Shown here: positions 1-7,873 of the stretch, piece after piece
Numbering within the stretch: the stretch's first letter is position 1
Layout: every line of letters starts with the position of its first letter
Source: Nitrososphaerota archaeon
GTDB taxonomy: Archaea; Thermoproteota; Nitrososphaeria_A; Caldarchaeales; Calditenuaceae
DNA length: 24,000 nt
Assembly (NCBI GenBank): GCA_038741355.1
Contig: JAVYLC010000008.1
Span: 1 to 24,000, forward strand
Direction of reading: 5' to 3'
Notes under the pieces: model-generated
The model's database searches: none
Told to the model about the DNA's origin: nothing
The model's input: only the letters and a program-made list of their open reading frames with translations
Program-made: the position numbers and the translations under genes

Positions 1-176
1 AGTAGTCTAATCTTAAGTCTCCCCGCTGTTCTGAGATAGAGGAAGGCCTCTAGGATGGAGTATACCACCCACGCCGCTAGCGCCGCCCATATACCACCCC
101 TAAAAATCTCGAGAAACGAGAGGATCACCGCGGCATATAAATAAGTCTCAACGATTCGGGCAGAAGACTTGGCCAA
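1..176 (-). CDS. possible 5' part of a membrane protein gene running off the left edge (partial)
   Basis: The minus-strand frame is open from the window edge to beyond 176. From a TTG at 176 it reads (M)AKSSARIVETYLYAAVILSFLEIFRGGIWAALAAWVVYSILEAFLYLRTAGRLKIRLL, which contains two hydrophobic helix-like stretches. It is absent from the ORF track because no stop lies in the window. The start codon is uncertain. Confidence 0.3.
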   Translation of the reverse strand, partial: MAKSSARIVETYLYAAVILSFLEIFRGGIWAALAAWVVYSILEAFLYLRTAGRLKIRL

Positions 177-193
177 TAGTTCGAGGAATATAG

Positions 194-201
194 ATTTATA
201 T
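194..201 (+). promoter_or_regulatory. TATA-like box (ATTTATAT) for the 226..1074 gene
   Basis: An AT-rich octamer is centred about 28 nt upstream of the ATG at 226. This spacing is typical of archaeal leaderless transcripts. Confidence 0.4.
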
Positions 202-225
202 CCGAAGAAATAGAGATTACAAGGG

Positions 226-1074
226 ATGGGCTCGATAATAGGGCGGCGCTCCGAGGAGCTGGAGGCGATCTCCCAGAATTTAAGGAGTATCATGACGCAG
301 CTCCAGAACATTGAGTCACAAATCTCTGGAAACGTTATTAGCCAGATAAAGACTGCCGCCCAAGAAATGATTACTAGGTTCGACGCGCTAGCCTCAACTC
401 AGCCAGAATATCTCATAAAAGAGTTCACTGAAGGCGTGAATGTCTTAAAGTCCCTAGCATCATATCTCATGATCTTCCAGGAGCAGCAGGAGGAGTTGGC
501 GAGGTTATTGGAGTTTCAGAGGGAGCAGGTGGGGGTCTTGGAGAAGGCTAGGCAGGCTATATTACAGGAGAGGGAGAGGCTTGAGCAGGAGAAAAACAAC
601 CTCGAGACACTGCGCCAAGAACTGATTCAGCTTAGGCAGGAGGTTGAGGAGAAGGATAGGGCCTTGAGGAGTTTTGAGAAGGAGGTCGAAGAGCTGGAGG
701 AGAGGAAGGCCTATCTTGAGGATAAGATAAGGGAGCTCCACAACTCCTATATCGCTGCGCTCCAGTCCGCGGTTGAGGGAATTGAAAAGACAGTGAAAGA
801 GTTGGACAAGAGGTTTAAAGTAAGGGAGGCGAGGCTTGAGAGACTCGTAAGGCTGGAGGAGAGGAAGAGGGAAGAGATATCGCGGCTGGAGGCGGCAAAA
901 TCTATTGCCGAGGAGTATAACAAGCAGTTTTCGCAGCTGGCTGAGGAGGTTAGGAGGCTGGAGAAGAAGAAAACTCAGCTAGCCCAGGAGATTTCTAGGC
1001 TAGAATCTGAGAAGCGGGAGCTGGAGCGGATTAAGCAGGAGCTCAGGGGCGGAATACTCCGGGGATCCACCTAG
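226..1074 (+). CDS. coiled-coil protein, function unknown
   Basis: 282-aa ORF. From about residue 85 to the C-terminus it is E/R/L/Q/K-rich with heptad-like periodicity (for example LEQEKNNLETLRQELIQLRQEVEEKDRALRSFEKEVEELEERK). A TATA-like box lies upstream. No catalytic or nucleotide-binding motif was recognised. Confidence 0.7.
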   Translation: MGSIIGRRSEELEAISQNLRSIMTQLQNIESQISGNVISQIKTAAQEMITRFDALASTQPEYLIKEFTEGVNVLKSLASYLMIFQEQQEELARLLEFQREQVGVLEKARQAILQERERLEQEKNNLETLRQELIQLRQEVEEKDRALRSFEKEVEELEERKAYLEDKIRELHNSYIAALQSAVEGIEKTVKELDKRFKVREARLERLVRLEERKREEISRLEAAKSIAEEYNKQFSQLAEEVRRLEKKKTQLAQEISRLESEKRELERIKQELRGGILRGST

Positions 1075-1442
1075 CCCTCTTGGGACCGTAGATAACGCTC
1101 AACTATATCCGCCAGATAGTCTAGTAGGTTTAGCCTTTCATGCATCTCACCGATATTATCCTCAATAATCTCCAACCTCTTCGCGAGTTTAGAGATATCT
1201 TCTTTAATCGACTCAAGTGTTTCCTGAATCGTCTTCAGCTCGCCGCTCGATAGCTGTCCACTAGATAGGCGGCTCACCACCCTCTCTATCTTCTCATCTT
1301 GCTCTAAAAGCCTAGCCGATATCTTCTCGAGCGCTCGGAATGTGCTGTCGAACTCGGGAACCCGACCCCTGGGCGTCTCTATAATGTTGATGACTATCTC
1401 TTCCTCCTCGCCTGACTCTTCCTTCTCATCACTGCTCATCAA
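1071..1442 (-). CDS. acidic coiled-coil protein, function unknown
   Basis: 123-aa ORF with a poly-acidic N-terminus (SSDEKEESGEEEE) followed by helical/coiled-coil sequence. The track start at 1442 is TTG, and an ATG follows at 1439. The ORF overlaps the end of the upstream zinc-finger ORF by 11-14 nt, which implies translational coupling. Its stop codon interleaves with the stop of the convergent 226..1074 gene in the palindrome CTAG (1071-1074). Confidence 0.65.
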   Translation of the reverse strand: MMSSDEKEESGEEEEIVINIIETPRGRVPEFDSTFRALEKISARLLEQDEKIERVVSRLSSGQLSSGELKTIQETLESIKEDISKLAKRLEIIEDNIGEMHERLNLLDYLADIVERYLRSQEG

Positions 1443-1683
1443 GACTCACCCTGCACTTGGGGCACACCGACTTAGTGTTCTTAAGGCTTCTGAAACAGTC
1501 GGCGTGGAATACGGCACCGCAGTTCGCACACTTGGAAACCTCTGCACCGTCCTCGATGTCTAGGAGGCAGGCGTCGCAGCTTGCGGCGGCCCAATCCCAC
1601 ATGCCGAGCGACTCTCCAACCCTTAGCCTAAGCAATTCATCCGTAGAGGATTGCACAGATATATAAAACCCCTCCACCTCCAT
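1429..1683 (-). CDS. small zinc-finger protein with C4HC3 ligand spacing (PHD/RING-variant-like)
   Basis: 84-aa ORF. Residues 36-77 read C-x2-C-x12-C-x2-C-x4-H-x2-C-x10-C-x2-C (CDAC...CANC...H..C...CPKC), giving eight potential zinc ligands. A tandem TGA TGA stop ends the ORF. AT-rich TATA-like sequence at 1704-1719 lies about 23-35 nt upstream of the ATG at 1683. Confidence 0.65.
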   Translation of the reverse strand: MEVEGFYISVQSSTDELLRLRVGESLGMWDWAAASCDACLLDIEDGAEVSKCANCGAVFHADCFRSLKNTKSVCPKCRVSLDEQ

Positions 1684-1763
1684 ACTCGACGACTCTCAGC
1701 AGTTTTAAGGGTATTTATCATGGAAGCTAGAGTGTCATAGAGGCGCGAAGGGCTGGACGAGAC

Positions 1764-2252
1764 ATGGGTCTATACTCTCTCCTGAATCAGGCTTGGAGGA
1801 GGTGGCCAGAAGAGCTGAGGGCTATTCTCAGGGAGAGGAAGGTTCTCTGGAGGCGGCAGCCGTCTGTAGTTCGCGTGGAGAAGCCCTTAAGGATTGACCG
1901 GGCTAGGAGCATCGGATATAAGGCAAAGCAAGGCTTCGTAGTCTTGAGGGTCAAGGTTAGGCGAGGTGGTTTCAGCAAGCCGCGGCCAAACTCTGGTAGG
2001 AGGCCTAAAGCCCTCGGCACTATCCTCCACAAAGTTAATGTAACAATGCTTGAGGAGGCCATAAATAGGGCTAGGAAAAAATATCCCAACCTTTACCCGC
2101 TCGGCGGCTACCCCTTGGCGTATGACAGCGTGTATAAGTGGTTTGAGGTGATAATGGTTGATCCATATCACCCAGCTATACGGAGCGACCCGGAAATCCA
2201 GCTACCAGACCCTATGGTCAGGAGGGTTGAGAAAAAGCTTAAGAGGGAATAA
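1764..2252 (+). CDS. rpl15e: 50S/large-subunit ribosomal protein L15e
   Basis: The 162-aa product carries family-typical segments: RxxxLGYKAKQGFVVLRVKVRRGG, then YKWFEVIMVDPYHPAIRSDPE. These are collinear with eukaryotic/archaeal L15e. Confidence 0.95.
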   Translation: MGLYSLLNQAWRRWPEELRAILRERKVLWRRQPSVVRVEKPLRIDRARSIGYKAKQGFVVLRVKVRRGGFSKPRPNSGRRPKALGTILHKVNVTMLEEAINRARKKYPNLYPLGGYPLAYDSVYKWFEVIMVDPYHPAIRSDPEIQLPDPMVRRVEKKLKRE

Positions 2253-2279
2253 GGACATCTAAGGAGCAAACTGGTCTCA

Positions 2280-3563
2280 ATGGCGATAGCGTATGCCGTT
2301 ATTGCTCGGAATGAAGTATGCCTCTCCAGTTTAATGGACTGGGTACTTAGGCTGTCTTACCGGTGGCCTGTAACTGAGGTGTTTGTGGATGGTTCTCGCA
2401 TTTCACCCCGGGAATTGTCTGAGGTGAAGGGGAGGGTGGGACTGGTTGTACATCATGCGGGAGAAGGGGTTGTGGAAGAGGGACGAGACAGGCTTGCAGT
2501 CCACTTAAGACCCGCTAATGTCTTAGGGGTTGGAAAGCTTGTTGACTCTCCCTTTTCTTCTGAGATAGAGCTGCGCCGCGAGGTGATTAGGCTGAGGTCT
2601 GGACAGGTCGGTTCTCCACCCCTATCATATTATAGCTCAAGCGAGATAATCACGGTCTCCTCCCCACCCTACATGACCGGCCTCCATCATGGCCAAGAAA
2701 GAGTTGTAGTACCAAACAGCGAGATATTGCTCGGCTTCGATGGGTCTAAAACCGAAGACAAGCAGGCGGGTGTCACTCCACGGACCGGGCTTCCCATAAA
2801 CCTGTCGGATGCATCGGAGATGCTTCTTGAAGAGCTGATGGCCGCGGTAAAACGTTCTGTAGCAAAGAAATGTGCGGTTCTCTTCTCCGGCGGCATTGAC
2901 AGCTCACTACTGGTATGGACATGCATGAGCGTCGGCCTAGAGCCTCTAGCGGTCTCAGTTGGTCTGGGCGGGTCACATGACCTCTCCTTCTCAGAGAAGG
3001 CCTCGAAGCTTCTACGCGTTGACTATGTAAGCGTTCCATTAGCCGGGAAAGAAATAATCCAGACATCCATCTACCTTTCTAAAAACATGGTGCTCCACTC
3101 TCTGATGGATAGGGCGCTTGCTGTGCTTGTCTATGATGGGTCTAGAGTTGCGGTCTCGCATGGGCGGAGGCAGGTGGTGAGTGGTCAGGGTGCTGACGAG
3201 CTCTTCGGCGGTTACATGAAGTATCTACGCATACTCGAGAGCGGCAATAGGCTCGGGGCGGAGGAAGAGATGAGGAGAGATTTAGATACACTTTGGCTCA
3301 GAAGCTTGCCGAGGGATTATGCCTCTGCGGCATTGGCAGGATGCCTATTAACAACTCCTTACCTTGATGAACGAATCATTAACAATGCATATAATCTACC
3401 GCTTGAGTTCAAGATTTCTAGAGGTGTCAGAAAGATGGTGTTGAGGGATGTTGCTAGGCTTGCAGGGCTACCAGCCGAGCTGGTAGAGAAGGAGAAGAAG
3501 GCCGCCCAATACGGAACAGGCATCGAGAAGGTATTGAGGAAGACTGGACACTATGCTGGGTGA
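2280..3563 (+). CDS. asparagine synthase (AsnB)-like PP-loop ATP pyrophosphatase with a degenerate N-terminal domain
   Basis: PP-loop motif VLFSGGIDSS and the AsnB-type motif GQGADELFGGY lie in the C-terminal half. The N-terminus begins MAIAYAVI, with no Cys at position 2, so the Ntn glutaminase nucleophile is absent. The gene starts 27 nt after rpl15e and ends 6 nt before the next gene. Confidence 0.85.
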   Translation: MAIAYAVIARNEVCLSSLMDWVLRLSYRWPVTEVFVDGSRISPRELSEVKGRVGLVVHHAGEGVVEEGRDRLAVHLRPANVLGVGKLVDSPFSSEIELRREVIRLRSGQVGSPPLSYYSSSEIITVSSPPYMTGLHHGQERVVVPNSEILLGFDGSKTEDKQAGVTPRTGLPINLSDASEMLLEELMAAVKRSVAKKCAVLFSGGIDSSLLVWTCMSVGLEPLAVSVGLGGSHDLSFSEKASKLLRVDYVSVPLAGKEIIQTSIYLSKNMVLHSLMDRALAVLVYDGSRVAVSHGRRQVVSGQGADELFGGYMKYLRILESGNRLGAEEEMRRDLDTLWLRSLPRDYASAALAGCLLTTPYLDERIINNAYNLPLEFKISRGVRKMVLRDVARLAGLPAELVEKEKKAAQYGTGIEKVLRKTGHYAG

Positions 3564-3569
3564 TGCAGT

Positions 3570-4751
3570 ATGAGTAAGGTATCAATCGCCATATCAACCG
3601 TCTCCCTTGTCCTCGTAGCCATCCTCTTACTTCAAATAGTAGACTATCAGCAAAACTTGGCGGCACTCACCTCCCAAATAACTGCGCTAGAGGAAAAGGT
3701 GGAGTCGCTTAGAAGAGACCTGCATGAGACGAGGGCCGAGATAAACTCGATAGGGAATTCTTGGCGGGCTCAGGCAACACTCATTACTGTCCAGTATAAT
3801 GTGACGTGGGTCTACGAACTGGTTAAGGACTCTGTGGTTAAGATAAGGACACTCTATAGGTTTGGAGAATCGGTTGGCTCAGGGTTTATCTTTGATTCAC
3901 AGGGGCACGTGGTTACGAATAATCACGTGGTTGAAAGCGGGTTGGAGTACTACGTCTACTTTATCGATGGGAGTGCTTATAGAGCGGAGCTCGTCGGGGG
4001 GGATCCGGACACAGACCTAGCAGTCCTGAAGATAGTTACAGACGGTGAGGCCAGCTCGTTCAAGCCCCTAAGGCTCGGTAACTCGAGTGCTCTTCAGATT
4101 GGCGAGCAGATAATCGTAATCGGCAACCCCTTCGAGCTGACGGGTAGCGTAACGACAGGCATCGTGAGCCAGAAGGGTAGGCTTCTACCGTCAAGCAGAG
4201 GATACCTCATTCCTGGAATCATTCAGATAGACGCTGCCGTGAATCCCGGAAATTCTGGGGGACCCATACTCAATATGAGGGGTGAGGTTGTCGGCGTGGC
4301 TACGGCGATAGAGTCGACGACAGGGCAATTCGCAGGGATTGGATATGCAATATCATCAAACGTCGTTAGGCGTATAGTCCCAGCACTGATCGGTAAGGGC
4401 TCGTACACCCACAGCTATCTTGGAATCTCGGGTAATGAGATAGATGCACTAGTTGCTAGAGAGCTTGGACTCAGAGTGAATAAGGGGTTGCTGGTGGAGA
4501 GCGTTGTTCCGAACGGCCCGGCAGACAGAGCCGGTATCAGGGGTGGTTCTAGGACTCTCGTGGTTGCGGGGAGAGAGTATAGGGTTGGGGGCGATGTTAT
4601 AGTGGCGATAAATGGCAGCCCGATCACCAGCATGGATGACCTGCTGACATATATGGTTGAGAAGACGAGCCCTGGTGACACAGTGTTGCTGACTATCCTG
4701 AGGGGTGGTGAGACATTAAATATTGCAGTCGTATTGGGGAAGCGGCCTTAG
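3570..4751 (+). CDS. htrA: HtrA/DegP-family serine protease, membrane anchored, with one PDZ domain
   Basis: An N-terminal TM helix is followed by a short coiled coil. Trypsin-like triad contexts are present: TNNHVV (His), DLAVLK (Asp) and GNSGGP (Ser). The C-terminus is PDZ-like (VVPNGPADRAGIRGGD...INGSPITSMDDL). Confidence 0.9.
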   Translation: MSKVSIAISTVSLVLVAILLLQIVDYQQNLAALTSQITALEEKVESLRRDLHETRAEINSIGNSWRAQATLITVQYNVTWVYELVKDSVVKIRTLYRFGESVGSGFIFDSQGHVVTNNHVVESGLEYYVYFIDGSAYRAELVGGDPDTDLAVLKIVTDGEASSFKPLRLGNSSALQIGEQIIVIGNPFELTGSVTTGIVSQKGRLLPSSRGYLIPGIIQIDAAVNPGNSGGPILNMRGEVVGVATAIESTTGQFAGIGYAISSNVVRRIVPALIGKGSYTHSYLGISGNEIDALVARELGLRVNKGLLVESVVPNGPADRAGIRGGSRTLVVAGREYRVGGDVIVAINGSPITSMDDLLTYMVEKTSPGDTVLLTILRGGETLNIAVVLGKRP

Positions 4752-6904
4752 AGTGGTATCAACCCAATCATGAAGAGCGGTATAAAGACTAGGGACAGCG
4801 TGTTGAGCAGCTTTATCAGGATGTGCAGGCTCGGGGCGTAGGTGTCCTTCATGGGGTCGCCAAGCGTGTCGCCGACCACTGCGGCTTTATGGGCATCGGT
4901 GCCCTTCTTTCCGCCAATCTCGAGGAGCTTCTTCGCATTATCCATCGCCGCACCGCCATAGAACCCCAGGATGGCCAGCGGTATTGCAGAGATCGTCGCA
5001 CCCAGCACTAGGGCGCCAACCGACTTCCATCCGAGCAATACACCTAACAAAATAGGCGAGAGGGTTACGGTCAACGTGGGCGTAATCATTAGCCTCAAAG
5101 CCGTTGAGGTGGAAATATCCACACACCTCCCATACTCTGGCCTACCACTCCCATCCATTATTCCCGGTATCGTTGCGAACTGCCTCCTCACCTCCTCCAC
5201 CATTCGGTATGCGCCACTGGCCACCGCGTTCATCGCCTGACCTGAGAAGAGGAATGGAATCATACCTCCTATGAAGAGTCCGATGACCACGGCTGGCGAG
5301 TTTAGCTGAAGGCCTGAGCTGAGCTCTTCCACGCTCTTTAAGAGGCTCTCAGCCTCTTCCGGCCCTATCCTCACTAGCTCGTAGATACCTGCCATATATC
5401 TCGAAACCTCGAGGAGGAAGGCTTGGAATAGAAGTAGGGCGGCTAGAGCAGCTGACCCCATCGCATAAGACTTAGTTAGCGCCTTGGTAGTGTTTCCAAG
5501 CGCGTCAAGCGGCTCAAGTCTCTCCCTTATGGCCTTCTCAGCGTTAGCCATCTCCGCAATCCCTCCAGCATTATCCACTATCGGCCCCACACCATCCATG
5601 GTTAAGATGAATCCAGCGGTCGAGAGCATCCCCATAGTAGCCATGGTCGTCCCATAGATACCCCCGAGCAGCGGGTCTCCAAGGCCGGAAATACCAGACC
5701 AATAGCTCCCGAGAATAAATGATAGGGCAACAGCCACGACAACTGTGGCGACGGGTAGCATCGATGAGACCATACCGGTTGATATTCCGGTCATCGCGGT
5801 AAGGGCTGGTCCTGACTGAGAACTCCGCGCAATCATTGAAACATATCTTGATTTCAGGCCTGTGTAAAACTCGCTGTAAAACATTATCAAGATGCCTGCA
5901 ACCAGCCCTATAAGCATAGTAACGTAAAGCGGCAGGCCTTGGGGGCCGAATATGAGCCAACTAGCCAGATACATCATGATAGCTGCTAGGATACTCGTAA
6001 CTATCAGTCCTTCACGAAGAGGCCCTATCGCCTCCTTAAAGCCCCGCCTCGAAACAGCCCAGAAGACCCCGGCGAATGTGGCTATGACACCAAGCGCCCT
6101 TATTATGAGAGGAGTAACGACATACAGCTCATTAATGCCATTGAACAACACTATGGAAACCACAAGGGCGATTATCATTCCACCTAGATTCTCGGCCGTG
6201 ACTGACTCGAAGAGGTCAGCCCCCCTCCCCGCCTCGTCCCCAACATTGTCACCAACCAAGTCTGCTACAACCGCGGGATTCCTAGGATCGTCCTCCGGGA
6301 TGCCCGCCTCTACTTTTCCAACAAGGTCTGCGCCAATATCCGCGCTCTTAGTGTATATCCCTCCGCCGAGCTGGGCAAATAGTGCGGCAAGACTAGCACC
6401 AAACCCGAAGCCGGCTAAGAGCCCAGGGTCCCTGAAAACCACGTAGAGAATAGAGAGGCCCAGAAGACTCATCGCGATCACGGCGAGACCCAGCGATGCG
6501 CCGCCAAGGGTCGCAACCCTAAGTGCCTGTACACTGCCCTGAGACGCTGCATATGTTGTCCTTACATTAGCCCTTGTCGCGGCGTCCATCGCTATAAACG
6601 CCGCGATGAGGGAGAAGCAAACACCCAATAGGAAACTGCCAGCCATTGCGACACCATATCTGAGCCCGCCCAGCTGTGGAAAGATGGAGAAGCTGCCCAG
6701 AATCAAGATAGCTAAAGCAGCGGCGATAATGGCGATCGTCTTAAACTGCCTCTTAAGATACGCACTAGCTCCCTCTCGAATTGCTCGCCATATGGCTACG
6801 AAACCCTCAGACCCCTTAGGAAGCCTCTCCACATAGGCTATCGAGAGCACCGATGCAACAGCACCCAGCAACCCTATAGTAATTGTAAAGATCAGCGGGT
6901 CCAT
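4748..6904 (-). CDS. hppA: membrane-bound proton-translocating inorganic pyrophosphatase (K+-independent type signature)
   Basis: 718-aa polytopic protein with the motifs DLVGDNVGDEAGRGADLFES, GNTTKALTKSYAMGSAAL and AAVVGDTLGDPMKDT. A TATA-like box lies about 30 nt upstream of the ATG. Confidence 0.95.
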   Translation of the reverse strand: MDPLIFTITIGLLGAVASVLSIAYVERLPKGSEGFVAIWRAIREGASAYLKRQFKTIAIIAAALAILILGSFSIFPQLGGLRYGVAMAGSFLLGVCFSLIAAFIAMDAATRANVRTTYAASQGSVQALRVATLGGASLGLAVIAMSLLGLSILYVVFRDPGLLAGFGFGASLAALFAQLGGGIYTKSADIGADLVGKVEAGIPEDDPRNPAVVADLVGDNVGDEAGRGADLFESVTAENLGGMIIALVVSIVLFNGINELYVVTPLIIRALGVIATFAGVFWAVSRRGFKEAIGPLREGLIVTSILAAIMMYLASWLIFGPQGLPLYVTMLIGLVAGILIMFYSEFYTGLKSRYVSMIARSSQSGPALTAMTGISTGMVSSMLPVATVVVAVALSFILGSYWSGISGLGDPLLGGIYGTTMATMGMLSTAGFILTMDGVGPIVDNAGGIAEMANAEKAIRERLEPLDALGNTTKALTKSYAMGSAALAALLLFQAFLLEVSRYMAGIYELVRIGPEEAESLLKSVEELSSGLQLNSPAVVIGLFIGGMIPFLFSGQAMNAVASGAYRMVEEVRRQFATIPGIMDGSGRPEYGRCVDISTSTALRLMITPTLTVTLSPILLGVLLGWKSVGALVLGATISAIPLAILGFYGGAAMDNAKKLLEIGGKKGTDAHKAAVVGDTLGDPMKDTYAPSLHILIKLLNTLSLVFIPLFMIGLIPL

Positions 6905-6928
6905 CGTACATTAACTTCATGACAGGAA

Positions 6929-6938
6929 GTATATAGAG
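6929..6938 (-). promoter_or_regulatory. TATA-like box (CTCTATATAC on minus strand) for hppA
   Basis: The box is centred about 30 nt upstream of the hppA ATG at 6904, inside the AT-rich divergent intergenic region 6905-7109. Confidence 0.4.
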
Positions 6939-7109
6939 GCAATCCCTATTGTTGAGGGTTAAACAACACTACTTTACCTTCAAGCAAAGAGGTAATCGAG
7001 TTAGCTGAAGGAAATTATGCGTAAATGTTCATGAATGCTTATGCATTTTAAGGGTAAAGAATAAATTTTAGTACAACATAAGGTAAGTCGAAGGGGTGTT
7101 TAAAATAAT

Positions 7110-7649
7110 ATGCAAGCAAGTAAATGGGCTTCTCGATTTATAGGTGCAGCGATCGTCCAAGGAGCAATAGCGACGCTGATTACCCTATATATCGTCGTCG
7201 GGCAGATTTTCTTCCTGAAGCCTGAGCCCAGCCGAGTCATAGCCTTCGGGTCGGCCGGTATGTGGTTCACAATGGGCTATGTGACGTATCTCATAGTCGG
7301 CGTTATGGGTGTCGCCGTCACAGCGCTGTTTTACCACTATATCGAGTCGGTCTTGGGGAAGCCATATACAGGGCTCGCCGACAAGCTAGCCTGGGTCCAT
7401 CTGGTCTTGATGAACATTGGGGTAATTGGCGCGACTGGATTAATGATGCTGGGGGGATACTTGGGCGGCGCCGCAATGCTCTCACCCGAAGTAGGTGGAA
7501 AAGGATGGAACCCCGGCCAAGTTCACACAAACATCTTCTACGGCATACCGCTGGGATATCCCTTATGGATAACAATATTCATAATACTGCTCGCCATCGG
7601 AGTGCTTCTAGGCGGCCTCGGATACGTTATCAGATGGAGAAGCAAATAA
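7110..7649 (+). CDS. integral membrane protein (about 5 TM helices), function unknown
   Basis: 179-aa ORF with repeated 20-25 residue hydrophobic segments (AAIVQGAIATLITLYIVVG, YVTYLIVGVMGVAVTALFY, VHLVLMNIGVIGATGLMMLGGYLGG, LWITIFIILLAIGVLLGGLGYVI). No family was recognised. Confidence 0.6.
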   Translation: MQASKWASRFIGAAIVQGAIATLITLYIVVGQIFFLKPEPSRVIAFGSAGMWFTMGYVTYLIVGVMGVAVTALFYHYIESVLGKPYTGLADKLAWVHLVLMNIGVIGATGLMMLGGYLGGAAMLSPEVGGKGWNPGQVHTNIFYGIPLGYPLWITIFIILLAIGVLLGGLGYVIRWRSK

Positions 7650-7809
7650 TCGAACTTGAAGAAAAACAAGCGACCAAACTCACTAGTAATCTATTCAAAA
7701 TTTTATTATATTAGGAACTACCCGTTAGTTGAACTCTGTCCATTAACACCACGTACCGACACAAAATTTTCACCCCCCATCATGCTATCCAAGGGGAAGG
7801 AGGCTAAAA

Positions 7810-7837
7810 CCCCCAGCCAACCCACCCCATCTCTCCC
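7810..7837 (-). other. G-quadruplex-type motif (four G-tracts, loops of 7 nt or fewer) on the minus strand
   Basis: The minus strand reads GGG-AGAGAT-GGGG-T-GGG-TTGGCT-GGGGG. It lies 37 nt downstream of the tRNA 3' end, on the tRNA strand, in non-coding DNA. Confidence 0.5.
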
Positions 7838-7873
7838 AACCACATCACGATCACGATAATAATGTACAAGGTA

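Noticed and set aside
226-1074. Assigning the 282-aa coiled-coil protein to ESCRT-III/PspA, SMC-like or CdvA families
   Set aside because: Only generic coiled-coil composition is visible. There is no PRC-barrel, Walker motif or characteristic ESCRT-III basic-to-acidic helix layout that I can verify without a profile search.
4823-6836. Multiple 60-165 aa ORFs (for example 4823..5011, 4971..5240, 5571..5960, 5952..6446, 6606..6836) inside or antisense to hppA
   Set aside because: They lie entirely within the 718-aa pyrophosphatase gene, whose motifs are unambiguous. Their translations are low-complexity P/S/R/A-rich shadow frames typical of GC-skewed antisense reading.
7262-7859. ORFs 7262..7714 (+), 7318..7575 (-) and 7656..7859 (+)
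   Set aside because: The first two are alternative frames of the hydrophobic 7110..7649 gene with R/G/S-rich implausible products. The third spans AT-rich then C-rich non-coding DNA with no protein-like pattern.
7650-7873. Possible integrated-element attachment site next to the tRNA 3' end
   Set aside because: No second copy of the tRNA 3' half was found anywhere in the window, no integrase gene is present, and the neighbouring genes look like core genes.
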